NCBI GenBank assembly: GCA_016177845.1
Contig: JACOUO010000011.1
Span: 512,326 to 576,325, forward strand
From: Deltaproteobacteria bacterium
GTDB taxonomy: Bacteria; Desulfobacterota; GWC2-55-46
Length of the DNA stretch: 64,000 nt
Direction: 5' to 3'
Part shown: positions 19,261 to 29,038 of the stretch, piece after piece
Numbering within the stretch: the stretch's first letter is position 1
How the letters are laid out: each line of letters opens with the position of its first letter
Translations under genes and position numbers: made by a program
The notes under the pieces: generated by a model
The model's input: the letters and a program-made list of their open reading frames with translations, nothing else
Told to the model about the DNA's origin: nothing
Databases searched by the model: none

Positions 19261-20397
19261 ATGAATAAGGCGGTTGTAGATATAAATGATGTAATGAGGA
19301 AGATATATACCGTAAACCTTGGGGTCAAAAGCAATGAAAAGGTCCTGGTTTTTACGGACATAATAAAAGACGGTGAGAGAATACTGGAGGGAGATGCCAG
19401 AAGGAGGCTTGAACTTCAGGAGCTTGCCAAAGACCTGGCAGAGATAGGAGAGGAATTCTGCTCTACGGAGTACCTTGAATTCCCCTCTGTGATGGGCCAC
19501 GGCAAGGAGCCGCCTCAGATGGTCTGGGAAGCATGCTTCGGGAAAAAGGTCACGGATGAGCTGACCAAAAAAGGCGTGCTTAAAAAGATAATGGACAAGG
19601 CAGCAAGCCCAGAGGACCTGAAAACGGCAGAGGATATTATCGTAAAAGGGGCTAAATCCCCTGACGCTATAATCGCCCTTTCAAACTTCTCAACCTCCCA
19701 TACAAGGTTCAGGGATTTCCTTACAAGGTGCATGGGTGTGCGCTATGCCAGCATGCCCCTTTTTGAAAAGTCGATGCTCTCAGGGGCAATGACTGCTGAC
19801 TGGAACGAGGTAAAGGAGCGCACCTTAAGGCTTGTGAAAAAGATGTCCGGCGCTGACATGGTCTATATAACCACGCCTAACGGCACATCCATCTCTTTTT
19901 CTATGCAGGGACGCGACCCCTTGCCTGATACAGGCATAATCACAGAGAAGGGGTCTTTCAGCAATCTTCCCGCAGGGGAAGGTTTTCTTGCCCCTCTTGA
20001 AGGAACTGCCGAGGGCGTACTTGTGCTTGAGTGGGCGCCTACAAAAAAACTCCACAGGCCCATAAGCCTTATCGTAAAAGGAGGCCGTGTCGTTGACATT
20101 GACGGCGAGGACGAGTTTGCCCATGACCTGAGGGAAAAGCTCTCGGTAAATCCGCTTATCGGCAATATCGCAGAGCTTGGGATTGGCACGAATGAAAAGG
20201 CGGAACGGCCTGATAATATCTTAGAGACTGAAAAGATACTTGGCACTATCCATATCGCGCTCGGAGACAACTCCTCGTTCGGAGGGAAGGTAGCGGTCCC
20301 ATTCCATCAGGACTTCATATTCTTCAAACCAACGCTTGAGGTCATAAGAGGCGAGCAGAAGATAGAAGTGATAATTGAGGGAGAGCCGAGATTCTAA
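19261..20397 (+). CDS. Aminopeptidase (M29/AmpS-like thermophilic metalloprotease family)
   Basis: About 378 aa. The motif pattern resembles M29 aminopeptidases, but this is tentative. The start is set to the ATG at 19261, which has an AGAGG ribosome-binding site; the track uses a GTG at 19252. Confidence 0.55.
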   Translation: MNKAVVDINDVMRKIYTVNLGVKSNEKVLVFTDIIKDGERILEGDARRRLELQELAKDLAEIGEEFCSTEYLEFPSVMGHGKEPPQMVWEACFGKKVTDELTKKGVLKKIMDKAASPEDLKTAEDIIVKGAKSPDAIIALSNFSTSHTRFRDFLTRCMGVRYASMPLFEKSMLSGAMTADWNEVKERTLRLVKKMSGADMVYITTPNGTSISFSMQGRDPLPDTGIITEKGSFSNLPAGEGFLAPLEGTAEGVLVLEWAPTKKLHRPISLIVKGGRVVDIDGEDEFAHDLREKLSVNPLIGNIAELGIGTNEKAERPDNILETEKILGTIHIALGDNSSFGGKVAVPFHQDFIFFKPTLEVIRGEQKIEVIIEGEPRF

Positions 20398-20404
20398 AAC
20401 GCTC

Positions 20405-20447
20405 AAAAAAAAGCGGCTCAGGCAAACGCCTGAGCCGCTTTTTTTTA
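20405..20447. terminator. Bidirectional rho-independent terminator between the convergent aminopeptidase and nupC genes
   Basis: aaaaaaa-agcggctcaggc-aaac-gcctgagccgct-tttttttt. It has a 12-bp perfect stem, with an A-tract on one side and a T-tract on the other. Confidence 0.8.
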
Positions 20448-20463
20448 TTCCTTCCTTCTTTCC

Positions 20464-21663
20464 TTAAATCAGTATCCCTGCAATGGTAGCTGTCATGAAG
20501 CTTGCGATGGTAGCGGCGATGAGCGCCTTTATGCACAGGCTTGCCACTTCCTTTTTCCTGTTCGGGGCTATTGTGCTGATTCCGCCAATCAATACTGCTA
20601 CATTGATGAAATTGGAAAAACCGCAAAGCGCATAAGTAGCAATGGTTATCGAACGGGGAGCAAGCGTACCATCAGCAATAAAAGTCTGCATCTTTTGATA
20701 TGCGAGAAATTCCGTGAAGATGGTCTTGATGCCAAGGAGCTGGCCGACCTTGAGGCAGTCTTCCCACGGCACACCCATTATAAAAGCAAAGGGAGTGAAG
20801 AAATACCCCATTATCAATTCAAAGGATGTATTGGCATAGCCTAAGACATGGTTGAGCATGCCAAGAAGAGCTATGAATGAGATGAGCATTGCTGCGACGG
20901 TAGCCGCAAGCTTTAGCCCGTCATGCGCCCCGTTTGCGGCAGCCTCAAACACATTCACATTATCTCCCTTAAGGGACGGCACTGAATCCGTTCCCGTCAT
21001 CGGCTGTTCTGTCTCAGGCATAAAGAGTTTGGACATGACGATTGCCGCGGGCGCGCTCATTACCGAAGCGGCAAGCAGGTGCCCCGCGCTTGCACCGAAG
21101 CTCACATAGACAGCCATGATGCTGCCGGCTATCGTTGACATGAACCCTACCATTACAGTAAACATCTCCGAACGGGTCAGCCTGTCCATATAATCCTTGA
21201 TACCGAAAGTAGCTTCAATGCCCATAAAGACGAACATGGCTGCCATGAGAGCCTCAGCACCTGAGGCCTTCATTGTCCATTCCATTATCCTTGCCATCAA
21301 GCGGATTATCTGCTGGATGATATTAAGGTGGGTAAGCACTCCCATCAAAGCGGATGTGAAGATGATAACGGGCATGACCTTGAAGGCTACTATCGCCCCG
21401 ACATGGTGATCGCTTACAAGGGTGCCGAAAAGGAATTTGGCGCCGAGGTCTGAAAAGTCCAGCAACCCTACCATCGCGACCCTTGCGAAATCAAAAACAA
21501 TCAACCCGGGCTGAGTCTTTAAGATAAGAACTGCGAATATCAACTGGAGAGCAACGCCCCAACCTACCAAACGCCAGCTTATTGCCTTTCTGTTATTGCA
21601 AAGCGCCCATCCGATAGCGATAAAAACCAAAAGTCCGACAACACTTACGGCTCTTTCCAACAT
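20464..21663 (-). CDS. nupC: NupC-family concentrative nucleoside transporter
   Basis: 399-aa polytopic membrane protein whose N- and C-terminal regions are typical of CNT/NupC. Confidence 0.75.
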   Translation of the reverse strand: MLERAVSVVGLLVFIAIGWALCNNRKAISWRLVGWGVALQLIFAVLILKTQPGLIVFDFARVAMVGLLDFSDLGAKFLFGTLVSDHHVGAIVAFKVMPVIIFTSALMGVLTHLNIIQQIIRLMARIMEWTMKASGAEALMAAMFVFMGIEATFGIKDYMDRLTRSEMFTVMVGFMSTIAGSIMAVYVSFGASAGHLLAASVMSAPAAIVMSKLFMPETEQPMTGTDSVPSLKGDNVNVFEAAANGAHDGLKLAATVAAMLISFIALLGMLNHVLGYANTSFELIMGYFFTPFAFIMGVPWEDCLKVGQLLGIKTIFTEFLAYQKMQTFIADGTLAPRSITIATYALCGFSNFINVAVLIGGISTIAPNRKKEVASLCIKALIAATIASFMTATIAGILI

Positions 21664-21670
21664 TTAAGCA

Positions 21671-22090
21671 TTACTCCCCTATTATTTTTACAAGTACCCT
21701 TTTCTTTCTTCTGCCGTCAAATTCTCCGTAAAATATCTGCTCCCATGTGCCGAGGTCAAGCCTGCCGTTTGTAATGGCTACCACAACTTCCCTGCCCATG
21801 ACCTGCCTTTTCAGGTGAGCATCCCCGTTGTCTTCGCCCGTGTCATTATGCCTGTATTGTGAAACAGGCTCATGGGGAGCAAGCCCCTCAAGCCACACAT
21901 CAAAATCATGGTGCAGGCCAGATTCGTCATCGTTTATAAAAACAGAGGAGGTGATGTGCATGGAATTTACAAGCACAAGGCCTTCCTTTACCCCGCTTTC
22001 AGCTACAAGAGAGCTGACCTCAGGGGTGATGTTCACAAAACCTCTCCTGCCCGGAACATTCATAAAGAGCTCTTTACGAAAGGATTTCAT
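21671..22090 (-). CDS. yjbQ: YjbQ/UPF0047 family protein (secondary thiamine-phosphate synthase-like)
   Basis: 139 aa containing GFVNITPEV...[39 protein letters not shown], characteristic of UPF0047. Confidence 0.75.
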   Translation of the reverse strand: MKSFRKELFMNVPGRRGFVNITPEVSSLVAESGVKEGLVLVNSMHITSSVFINDDESGLHHDFDVWLEGLAPHEPVSQYRHNDTGEDNGDAHLKRQVMGREVVVAITNGRLDLGTWEQIFYGEFDGRRKKRVLVKIIGE

Positions 22091-22110
22091 TGGCGCTCCT
22101 TCTGTTTTCT

Positions 22111-23289
22111 TTATAGCAGTTTACTTTCCTTATGCCTCTTTGCAATTTCTTCGGCAAGGTTTTCAAGAGCCTTAAGGTCATTTTCCTTTGGCATTCCCTT
22201 TGCCAAAACCGGCGCGAGCATCTCGACCTTTAGCGTGCCTATTGTTGATGTAATCTGCTCTACAACCTTTCCGCCCCATCCCTGAGAGCCTATGATGGAG
22301 GCGAACCTGACCTTGGGCTTTAGGGCATTGGCCAGAAATGCCGCTGCTATCACATTCGGGTGCGCCCCCGTAAGCACGGTGGGAGAGCCGAATATAAGGG
22401 TTGCCGCATCGACAAGCGACATGGCAAATTTACCGCTGTCCATGACAGAGGTATTAAACCTCTCGACATTGACTCCCCTTTGGGAGAGCGCGTCGGTCAG
22501 ATGGTTGACCATTGCCTCGGTGCTTCCGTGCATTGAGGCATATACGATTACGGCATTATTTGCCAGGTCTTCTGATATCCACTTCGCATGGGACTTCATG
22601 ATGCCCTCTGCGTTTTTATGCACAGGGCCGTGGCTCGGGGCAATGATGTCTATATCGTATTTCTCAAGCCTGTCCATGTGCTTGCGGATGATATTCCTGA
22701 AGGGCATCATCACTTCAGCGTAATACCTTTTTGCTGCCTCGCAGGCCTTCTCCTCATCCTCGACAAATACGCCTGAGAACGACAGATGAGAACCGAACAG
22801 GTCGCAGCTGAATAAAACCTTATCCTCACGGATATAGGTGGAGAAGGTCTCAGGCCAGTGCACCCAAGGGGTGTAGATGACCTCTATAGTTTTATCGCCT
22901 AAAGAAAGCGTCTCCCCGTCAGCTACCGTTATAATGGACTCGGCAGGTATCTTAAGGAGGTCTAACAGCAGCTCCCTGCCCTTCGGGCTTGTGACTACCT
23001 TGGCATTTTTATATCTTTCAAGGACTTGAGGGATGGAACCGGAATGGTCCTGTTCAGCGTGGTGTGAGATTATATAATCAATCTCATCTACCCCGGCGAG
23101 GGTAGAGAGTAACATATCAGTCTTGGTTGGGTCAACAGTATCGAACAGGGCTGTTTTTTTGCTTCCCTTTACAAGATAAGCGTTGTAGCTTGTCCCGTCA
23201 GGAAGAGGTATCAGGGCGTCAAAAAGCCTCCTGTCCCAATCAACCGCGCCGACCCAGTATATACCTTCTTTTATTTTTTTCTTCTCCAT
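22111..23289 (-). CDS. Flavodiiron protein (FprA/rubredoxin:oxygen or NO reductase type)
   Basis: 392 aa. Contains a metallo-beta-lactamase-like domain with the diiron motif HHAEQDH, followed by a C-terminal flavodoxin-like domain. Confidence 0.8.
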   Translation of the reverse strand: MEKKKIKEGIYWVGAVDWDRRLFDALIPLPDGTSYNAYLVKGSKKTALFDTVDPTKTDMLLSTLAGVDEIDYIISHHAEQDHSGSIPQVLERYKNAKVVTSPKGRELLLDLLKIPAESIITVADGETLSLGDKTIEVIYTPWVHWPETFSTYIREDKVLFSCDLFGSHLSFSGVFVEDEEKACEAAKRYYAEVMMPFRNIIRKHMDRLEKYDIDIIAPSHGPVHKNAEGIMKSHAKWISEDLANNAVIVYASMHGSTEAMVNHLTDALSQRGVNVERFNTSVMDSGKFAMSLVDAATLIFGSPTVLTGAHPNVIAAAFLANALKPKVRFASIIGSQGWGGKVVEQITSTIGTLKVEMLAPVLAKGMPKENDLKALENLAEEIAKRHKESKLL

Positions 23290-23323
23290 ATCCTACCTCA
23301 CACATCTTAAGATTAACGCGCGC

Positions 23324-24445
23324 CTAAAGGGCGCGCTTAAATACCAGCATCCCAAGCGCTATCGTCACGCAGGCGAATGCCGCCAGAAAGATTATATCGC
23401 CCCCAACAGCGCTGATACCCGCCCCCTTAAAGAGGATGGACCTGAGCGCATGGACAGAATAAGTCTCAGGGTTTACCTTGGCAAATGCCTTAAGCCAGCC
23501 CGGAAAGCTTTCTATGGGATAAATTGCCCCGCTTGGAAAGAAAAAGATGACATTCAAAAACCCTCCGAGCACTCCTACTATCCTGGGGTGGTTTATCCTG
23601 CCCATTATCATGAACATCAGCCCCTGCAGGCCAAGGGTTGATAGCATTATCACAAGCAGGATTGAGATGATATCCTGCAGATGAAGCATCTGCCAGAGAT
23701 AAATGCCTGAGATTAAAGAGCTTAGGAACAGGACCAGTACCGCAAGTATAGTCGTAATCAAAAGCCCGCTTCCGACCAATCCCATCACTATATCCATCTT
23801 GGTAAGAGGCGTCAGAAAATAGCTCTCCTCCACGCCAAGGAACTTATCCATGACCATGTTGAAAGCGCCTGTTGTCATTGCCCCTAAAAATATCGCCATG
23901 ATGACGACCCCGGGGATAAGGGTCTGGTCATAATCTATCTTTTTATACAGCTCAACACTCCTTAAGTAGGTCTTTGTGCGCTCTTCGCGCACCGATATAT
24001 AATCAGCCCTCAATTCAGGAATAGCCCTTGAGATGGCAGCTGATATCGTATTTGCGGATATTGTCTCCGCGTTATCAAGGAACAGTCCGAGCTCGGAGCC
24101 TGTCTGCCGTATGACATTCCTGCTGAAGTCCGGCGGTATTACAAGGACCGCCTTAAAGACCCCTTCCCTTAAGCCCTGCATGGCAAAGCCCTGGTCTGAT
24201 ATCATCTGTGCATTGATAGTCTTTGGCCCTGCCTCCAATGACCTAAGAAGCTCAAGCACCTTTTCAGAATACGGGCCTCTATCAAGGTCAACGACCGCAA
24301 GCGGCAGGTTTTTAAGCTCGCCCTGAAAAGAATTGCCGAGTATCACAAGATAGATGATGGGCATAAGAAGACTCATGGCAACCACAAGCGGGTTCCTTAT
24401 GAACTTCCTTAAATCCCTCTCAAGTATGGCGTAGAAGCGGTCCAT
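23324..24445 (-). CDS. ABC-2 type transporter permease
   Basis: 373 aa with 6 predicted transmembrane helices. It is in an operon with the upstream ATP-binding subunit and the HlyD-family protein. Confidence 0.75.
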   Translation of the reverse strand: MDRFYAILERDLRKFIRNPLVVAMSLLMPIIYLVILGNSFQGELKNLPLAVVDLDRGPYSEKVLELLRSLEAGPKTINAQMISDQGFAMQGLREGVFKAVLVIPPDFSRNVIRQTGSELGLFLDNAETISANTISAAISRAIPELRADYISVREERTKTYLRSVELYKKIDYDQTLIPGVVIMAIFLGAMTTGAFNMVMDKFLGVEESYFLTPLTKMDIVMGLVGSGLLITTILAVLVLFLSSLISGIYLWQMLHLQDIISILLVIMLSTLGLQGLMFMIMGRINHPRIVGVLGGFLNVIFFFPSGAIYPIESFPGWLKAFAKVNPETYSVHALRSILFKGAGISAVGGDIIFLAAFACVTIALGMLVFKRAL

Positions 24446-24446
24446 G

Positions 24447-25448
24447 CTACTTGCCCCACTTGGAAGGCACTCCTGCGCCTAAAAGGAAGCTTACCTTCTT
24501 TGCCTCTTCTTCCCTTATCGGCCTTCCGGTAAAATGGATAAAAACATCTTCAAGCGATAACTGCTTAAGAAGCGCCTTATTGATATTGGCGCCCATTTTG
24601 TTCAGGCCTTCTATGAGGACAGGGATTGCCTGCGCCCCGTTATCAGAACCTATTATCAGTGCGTCATCCCTGTTCACGCATGATTTTACGGTAGGAACGG
24701 TCTTGACCCATTCGATTGCCTTTTCTAAATCCACACCGCTTATTGTAAGCTCTACAATATCTTTTTCAGGCACCTGTTTTTTAAGCCCTTCGACCGAATC
24801 GAGAGCCACAATTTTTCCGTGGTCTATGATAGCGACATGGTCGCAGAGGGTTTCAGCCTCTTCCATGTAGTGCGTTGTCAAGAGTATCGTAAGCTTGTCC
24901 ATCTTCCTGAATTTTTCAAGCAGTTCCCAGACAACATGCCTTGACTGGGGGTCAAGTCCGATAGTAGGCTCATCGAGTATGAGTATCGAAGGTTTATGCA
25001 CAAGTCCTCTGGCTATCTCAAGCCTTCTTCTCATGCCTCCGGAATAAGTCGCAACAAGGTCTTTTGCCCTTTCCCTCAAGCCCACCATCTCAAGGAGCTC
25101 GTATATCCTTTCCTGCCTCTCTTTTTTTGGCATGCCGTAGAACCTTGCATAGATATCCATGGTCTCGATGCCCGTAAGGTCAAGGTCGCTGGTCATTGCC
25201 TGAGGCACTACGCCGATTAAGTTCCGCACCTTTGCCCTGTCTTTGACCACATCAAGGCCGAGGATTCCGGCCTTACCATTTGTGGGGCGCAGCAGCGTCG
25301 TAAGTATCCTTATAAGCGTAGTCTTTCCCGCGCCGTTCGGCCCCAAAAGGCCGAAGAAATCCCCTTCGGGGATTGATAAAGAGACCCCGCCAAGCGCGGC
25401 CAGTTCTCCGTATTTCTTTGTAAGTTCTATTGTCTCAATGGCTGCCAT
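24447..25448 (-). CDS. ABC transporter ATP-binding protein
   Basis: Walker A GPNGAGKTT, ABC signature YSGGMRRRL and Walker B ILILDEPT. Confidence 0.9.
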   Translation of the reverse strand: MAAIETIELTKKYGELAALGGVSLSIPEGDFFGLLGPNGAGKTTLIRILTTLLRPTNGKAGILGLDVVKDRAKVRNLIGVVPQAMTSDLDLTGIETMDIYARFYGMPKKERQERIYELLEMVGLRERAKDLVATYSGGMRRRLEIARGLVHKPSILILDEPTIGLDPQSRHVVWELLEKFRKMDKLTILLTTHYMEEAETLCDHVAIIDHGKIVALDSVEGLKKQVPEKDIVELTISGVDLEKAIEWVKTVPTVKSCVNRDDALIIGSDNGAQAIPVLIEGLNKMGANINKALLKQLSLEDVFIHFTGRPIREEEAKKVSFLLGAGVPSKWGK

Positions 25449-25456
25449 AATTTTTT

Positions 25457-26500
25457 TTATTTAAAATGGATCCTCACGGTTACGGTCATGCCCGGCTTTA
25501 ACGCGCCCTGCGCGTTCTCAATGCCTGCCTTGACCCTGAAGGTCTTTATGTCAGACCTTCCCCTTGTCACATCCCTCTGAGTAGCAAAACCGCCGACCTC
25601 GCTGACCTCAATCACCTTTGCCTCAAAAAAAACCTTTTCAGAGCCCATCGGAATTATTTCTGCCCTGCTTCCAAGCTTTATCCTTTGTATCTGCGTCTCT
25701 TCTATGTCAACCCTTGCCCAGATATTTTTCAGGTCATCAATGGTATAGATCGATGCGCCGGGGTTCACATACTCACCCGCTTCAAATGCCTTATAGACCA
25801 CAACACCTGAAATAGGTGAAGCTATCTCGGTATCATCAAGCTGCGCCAGAAGCACATTTACCTGTGCCTGCGCCTGGGCTTTTTTGGCCTCTCCGAGCGA
25901 TATTCTTGCCCTTGCCGCTTTTATATTCACCGCAGAGTTACGCAGATTTGCCTCTGCGGCCCGCCTGCGGGCTGCTGCGGCCTCAAGCTGGGCATTATTT
26001 GAATCAAATGCGGCCTGCGCGGCGTCAAGGTCCTTTTTAGCTATGAAGCCGTCCTTAAACAGGCCCTTAGCCCTTTCAAGGTTCTCCCTCGCCTCTCCCT
26101 GTATCGCCCTTACTCTCTCCACCTCGGCCTGCGAAGCCTCCACATCATATTTGGCGGCCTCGTTCTGGACCTTAGCATTCTCAAGGCTTACCCTTGCCTC
26201 GTTGACCGACTGTTCAGCCCCGACAACCGCTGCCCTTGCTTCTTCAATGCGCGCCTTAAGCTCATTATTATCAATGCGGACGCTAATTGCCCCTGCCTCA
26301 ATGGCGTCACCTTCCCTGCAGCAGAGCCACTGTATCCTGCCAGCTATTTTAGAGGTCAACTCCACCTCGGTAGCTTCTATGATGCCTGTTGATTCGATGT
26401 AATCAAATTCCTTTGTCTTTTTGAAAAACACTGAATAAATGCCTGCGGCAATAAATATCAGAATAACGGATGCAGCAAGCGGTTTGATGATTTTTTTCAT
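25457..26500 (-). CDS. HlyD-family membrane-fusion (periplasmic adaptor) protein
   Basis: 347 aa. Has an N-terminal transmembrane helix, a long Ala/Gln-rich coiled coil and beta-barrel/lipoyl-like domains. Confidence 0.8.
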   Translation of the reverse strand: MKKIIKPLAASVILIFIAAGIYSVFFKKTKEFDYIESTGIIEATEVELTSKIAGRIQWLCCREGDAIEAGAISVRIDNNELKARIEEARAAVVGAEQSVNEARVSLENAKVQNEAAKYDVEASQAEVERVRAIQGEARENLERAKGLFKDGFIAKKDLDAAQAAFDSNNAQLEAAAARRRAAEANLRNSAVNIKAARARISLGEAKKAQAQAQVNVLLAQLDDTEIASPISGVVVYKAFEAGEYVNPGASIYTIDDLKNIWARVDIEETQIQRIKLGSRAEIIPMGSEKVFFEAKVIEVSEVGGFATQRDVTRGRSDIKTFRVKAGIENAQGALKPGMTVTVRIHFK

Positions 26501-26674
26501 CAGTAGAGCCCCTTATGAGAAGTCACGATACGAATCTGAGCATAGCAAAATAGAATTTCTTTTACAAACCCGTATCATAGATTATATAAGAGAAGCTGAA
26601 TACAGGGAAGACTTCAGAGAAAAAAATGCAGGAAAGCCGGTTTTTTTGAAGGGATTATTTTTAATTGGGCAATA

Positions 26675-26704
26675 AAAAAGGGCGGGGTTTTACCCGCCCT
26701 TTTC
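26675..26704. terminator. Bidirectional rho-independent terminator
   Basis: aaaaaa-gggcggg-gtttta-cccgccc-tttt. It lies directly downstream of the minus-strand hypothetical gene whose stop is at 26721. Confidence 0.7.
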
Positions 26705-26720
26705 ACATATAACTTCAATA

Positions 26721-27152
26721 TTACTCAGTGACCATTTTAGTGCTTGCCACTATCATTCCGCCTATCTCGATCTTGCCGTCCTGGGCCTCAGCTATTGACT
26801 GCTGGTCCCAGTCTTTCCCGTCCTGCCTCCAGATGCCGTTTACCACCAGCTCCTGTCCTTCGCCGAACAGTTCAAAAGGAGGTTTTTTGGTTTTATATCT
26901 CGGCACAAAAAGTATGCTTGATATGCGGGATTCTTCAAAGACAATGGGCTTGCAGGCAATAACAAACCAGTACTGGTAAAGCTTGGCGAGCTTTTTCTCC
27001 CTGCCCGGCCCCTGTACTATGATCGGGAGATCCGGCTCAGGATCAACCTCACGGAAACCGTCAAGACCTTCAACAAAATTCCCGATTATTATATTTGTCT
27101 TATCGCCGGCATCAAAACCGCGCGGCTCCCCAACTTCAATTTTTATCTTCAT
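26721..27152 (-). CDS. Hypothetical protein (143 aa, no recognisable motif)
   Basis: Clean ORF with a terminator immediately downstream. No transmembrane or signal features. Confidence 0.5.
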   Translation of the reverse strand: MKIKIEVGEPRGFDAGDKTNIIIGNFVEGLDGFREVDPEPDLPIIVQGPGREKKLAKLYQYWFVIACKPIVFEESRISSILFVPRYKTKKPPFELFGEGQELVVNGIWRQDGKDWDQQSIAEAQDGKIEIGGMIVASTKMVTE

Positions 27153-27227
27153 GAAAAACCCCTATCCGATGTTTTATATATGATATCAACATACATCGGG
27201 CTTATAAAGTAAAAAATAAGGGTAGTT

Positions 27228-27905
27228 TCAACCTGCAAGACCGGACATCGCCCTTTGGACCTTAACAAAATAGCCGTCATCAGATGGGCCGCTGCCCCTG
27301 TAATATCTTAAAATACCCTCTTTGTAACCCCACTTCGCTATATTATACGAGAGTATGAAACAGCCTGCCTTTATATTGGTATCAATCGAGAAGAGGTCGT
27401 CTTTTATGCCAAGTTCCTGCCTCCAAAGCGGCATTACCTGCATAAGCCCCCTCGCCCCTCTCGGGCTTACAGCCTTCAATTTCCCGTGCGACTCAACTTT
27501 AATTACAGCAACTATCAAGCTCGGCGAAAGGTTATACAGTTCACTGTAATTGACTATTGCCCTGCCTATTTGATAGATTTCCTGCGTCGTCAGGTCAGGG
27601 TTCACTGAGGCCAGATGGCTTCCCCATAAGAGGGCTTCCTCCATATTTCGGAGAGCGTCCACCCTAAGGTTTTTGGCATTTTCCAACTGCTCATCAAGGG
27701 TCTTGAGCCTCTCCGAAATCTCCTGCCTTTCAGGGGAGCTCTTTATCAGGCTGCATGAGCTTAACAAAAAGAAAGCAAGGCCAAGGCATAAAACAGCGCC
27801 CAGCCTGCAATAGCCCTCTTTAAGGGATTTCAGGCTAAGGCAGCCGTCAATGCCCTTCTTCTTTTCGTCGGTCTTAGAATAAAGAGATAATTCTTTTTTA
27901 TTCAC
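27228..27905 (-). CDS. Lytic transglycosylase (SLT domain) lipoprotein/secreted protein
   Basis: 225 aa. Has a hydrophobic N-terminus with the Cys-containing LLSSCSL, and an SLT-like catalytic region (ESHGKLKAVSPRGARGLMQVMP). It uses a GTG start. Confidence 0.7.
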   Translation of the reverse strand: MNKKELSLYSKTDEKKKGIDGCLSLKSLKEGYCRLGAVLCLGLAFFLLSSCSLIKSSPERQEISERLKTLDEQLENAKNLRVDALRNMEEALLWGSHLASVNPDLTTQEIYQIGRAIVNYSELYNLSPSLIVAVIKVESHGKLKAVSPRGARGLMQVMPLWRQELGIKDDLFSIDTNIKAGCFILSYNIAKWGYKEGILRYYRGSGPSDDGYFVKVQRAMSGLAG

Positions 27906-28066
27906 AGTTTAACCAACTCTCCCGAGCATATCCTTGTCAGCCAGATGAATGTACCGTCAATAGGATGCTGCTTATATTCTTTCCCGCAATCCTCGCAAAC
28001 GCAAGTACCTTCAGCCCTAAGGTATTTAGAAGATTCTTTTATGATTTTTTGTAAGTCCAGCTCCAT
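27902..28066 (-). CDS. Possible small zinc-ribbon-like protein (54 aa) translationally coupled to the transglycosylase
   Basis: Manual translation gives MELDLQKIIKESSKYLRAEGTCVCEDCGKEYKQHPIDGTFIWLTRICSGELVKL. Its stop TGA overlaps the GTG start of the next gene (GTGA). It is shorter than the ORF-track cutoff. The ribosome-binding site is weak (GGGGA immediately adjacent to the ATG). Confidence 0.3.
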   Translation of the reverse strand: MELDLQKIIKESSKYLRAEGTCVCEDCGKEYKQHPIDGTFIWLTRICSGELVKL

Positions 28067-28380
28067 TCCCCGATTCTTTCAACGCGAACACTTAGCGTAA
28101 GTATCTATTTTTTTGAATAAAAAATATGAAAAAGAAAAACAGGACGGCTCAGGCATAATCAAGCTCTAAGGAGCTCAGGGCGCTTTATTAAGGGCGCGCA
28201 GGCTCCATTCTGGTATTTTTTTAGAGGGCGCTCTTTGCGATAGAATAAGTATAATGCAGAAAAAAAATTCTGCAGGGATTTGGGCAAAAAAAAATTGGAG
28301 GGCATGGAAATAACAGGTAAAAGGATTTGGCAATATTCCTGAATTTATAATAGAATTAGTTTAGAGGTAGGGTACTTATA

Positions 28381-29022
28381 ATGGAAAAACCGTCATCAAC
28401 AGAACTGGCCAGAAACAAAAATGAATCCGGCAGTCTGCTAAAAGACCTGATTCTGTTTATCAAATCTTCATCGCGTTCGTATGATGAAGGCTACTTTGGA
28501 GAGGCGCACAGGCTTGCCGTGGCCATACGCTCAATAGTGCATGGCTCACCCGGAACACTTTCAATACTTGAAGAACTGGGCTTAACAGACCTGTTCTTTT
28601 ATGATAATTGCCCGAATTACAGGCCTGAGATACATATGCCGTTCAGCGGGCTCGCGCTTGCAGGAATGGCAAAAGACGACCCGGAATATGTGCCCAGGCT
28701 TGGACAGAACCCTAATGTCAAGACAAACAAGGTCACATATGAGCAGTGGTGGAATAAAAAGGTAATAGTCGATGAGGAATTCAATATCGATCTTACCAGA
28801 GAAGGCGTAATAGAGGCGGTGGCAAATACTTTCAGCAAGGAGCAGGTGGACCCTAAGCTGAATGATTTTTACAATGAGACGATACTTAAGTGCGGGCTTG
28901 GGTGGGTTGATGAGAAGGCAGCGCTTCAGCTCTCAATGATACCCATTGAGTTTGCAAGCGTGAGGCAAATAGCCTATGAGCTTATAAAGGCTCTGGAAGA
29001 GCAGATACCCCAGTATTGCTGA
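28381..29022 (+). CDS. Hypothetical protein (213 aa), no recognisable domain
   Basis: Clean ORF preceded by an approximately 300-bp AT-rich, homopolymer-rich region. It is convergent with the pilB-like gene. Confidence 0.5.
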   Translation: MEKPSSTELARNKNESGSLLKDLILFIKSSSRSYDEGYFGEAHRLAVAIRSIVHGSPGTLSILEELGLTDLFFYDNCPNYRPEIHMPFSGLALAGMAKDDPEYVPRLGQNPNVKTNKVTYEQWWNKKVIVDEEFNIDLTREGVIEAVANTFSKEQVDPKLNDFYNETILKCGLGWVDEKAALQLSMIPIEFASVRQIAYELIKALEEQIPQYC

Positions 29023-29038
29023 CCGGGATGCAAGCCCT

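Noticed and set aside
19177-19500. 107-aa minus-strand ORF overlapping the aminopeptidase start
   Set aside because: It overlaps the divergent promoter region and the aminopeptidase 5' end, with odd composition. It is a spurious ORF.
28255-28274. Perfect hairpin tgcagaa-aaaaaa-ttctgca upstream of the 213-aa hypothetical gene
   Set aside because: It lies within a promoter-like AT-rich region and its function is unclear. It is noted only as part of the leader finding.
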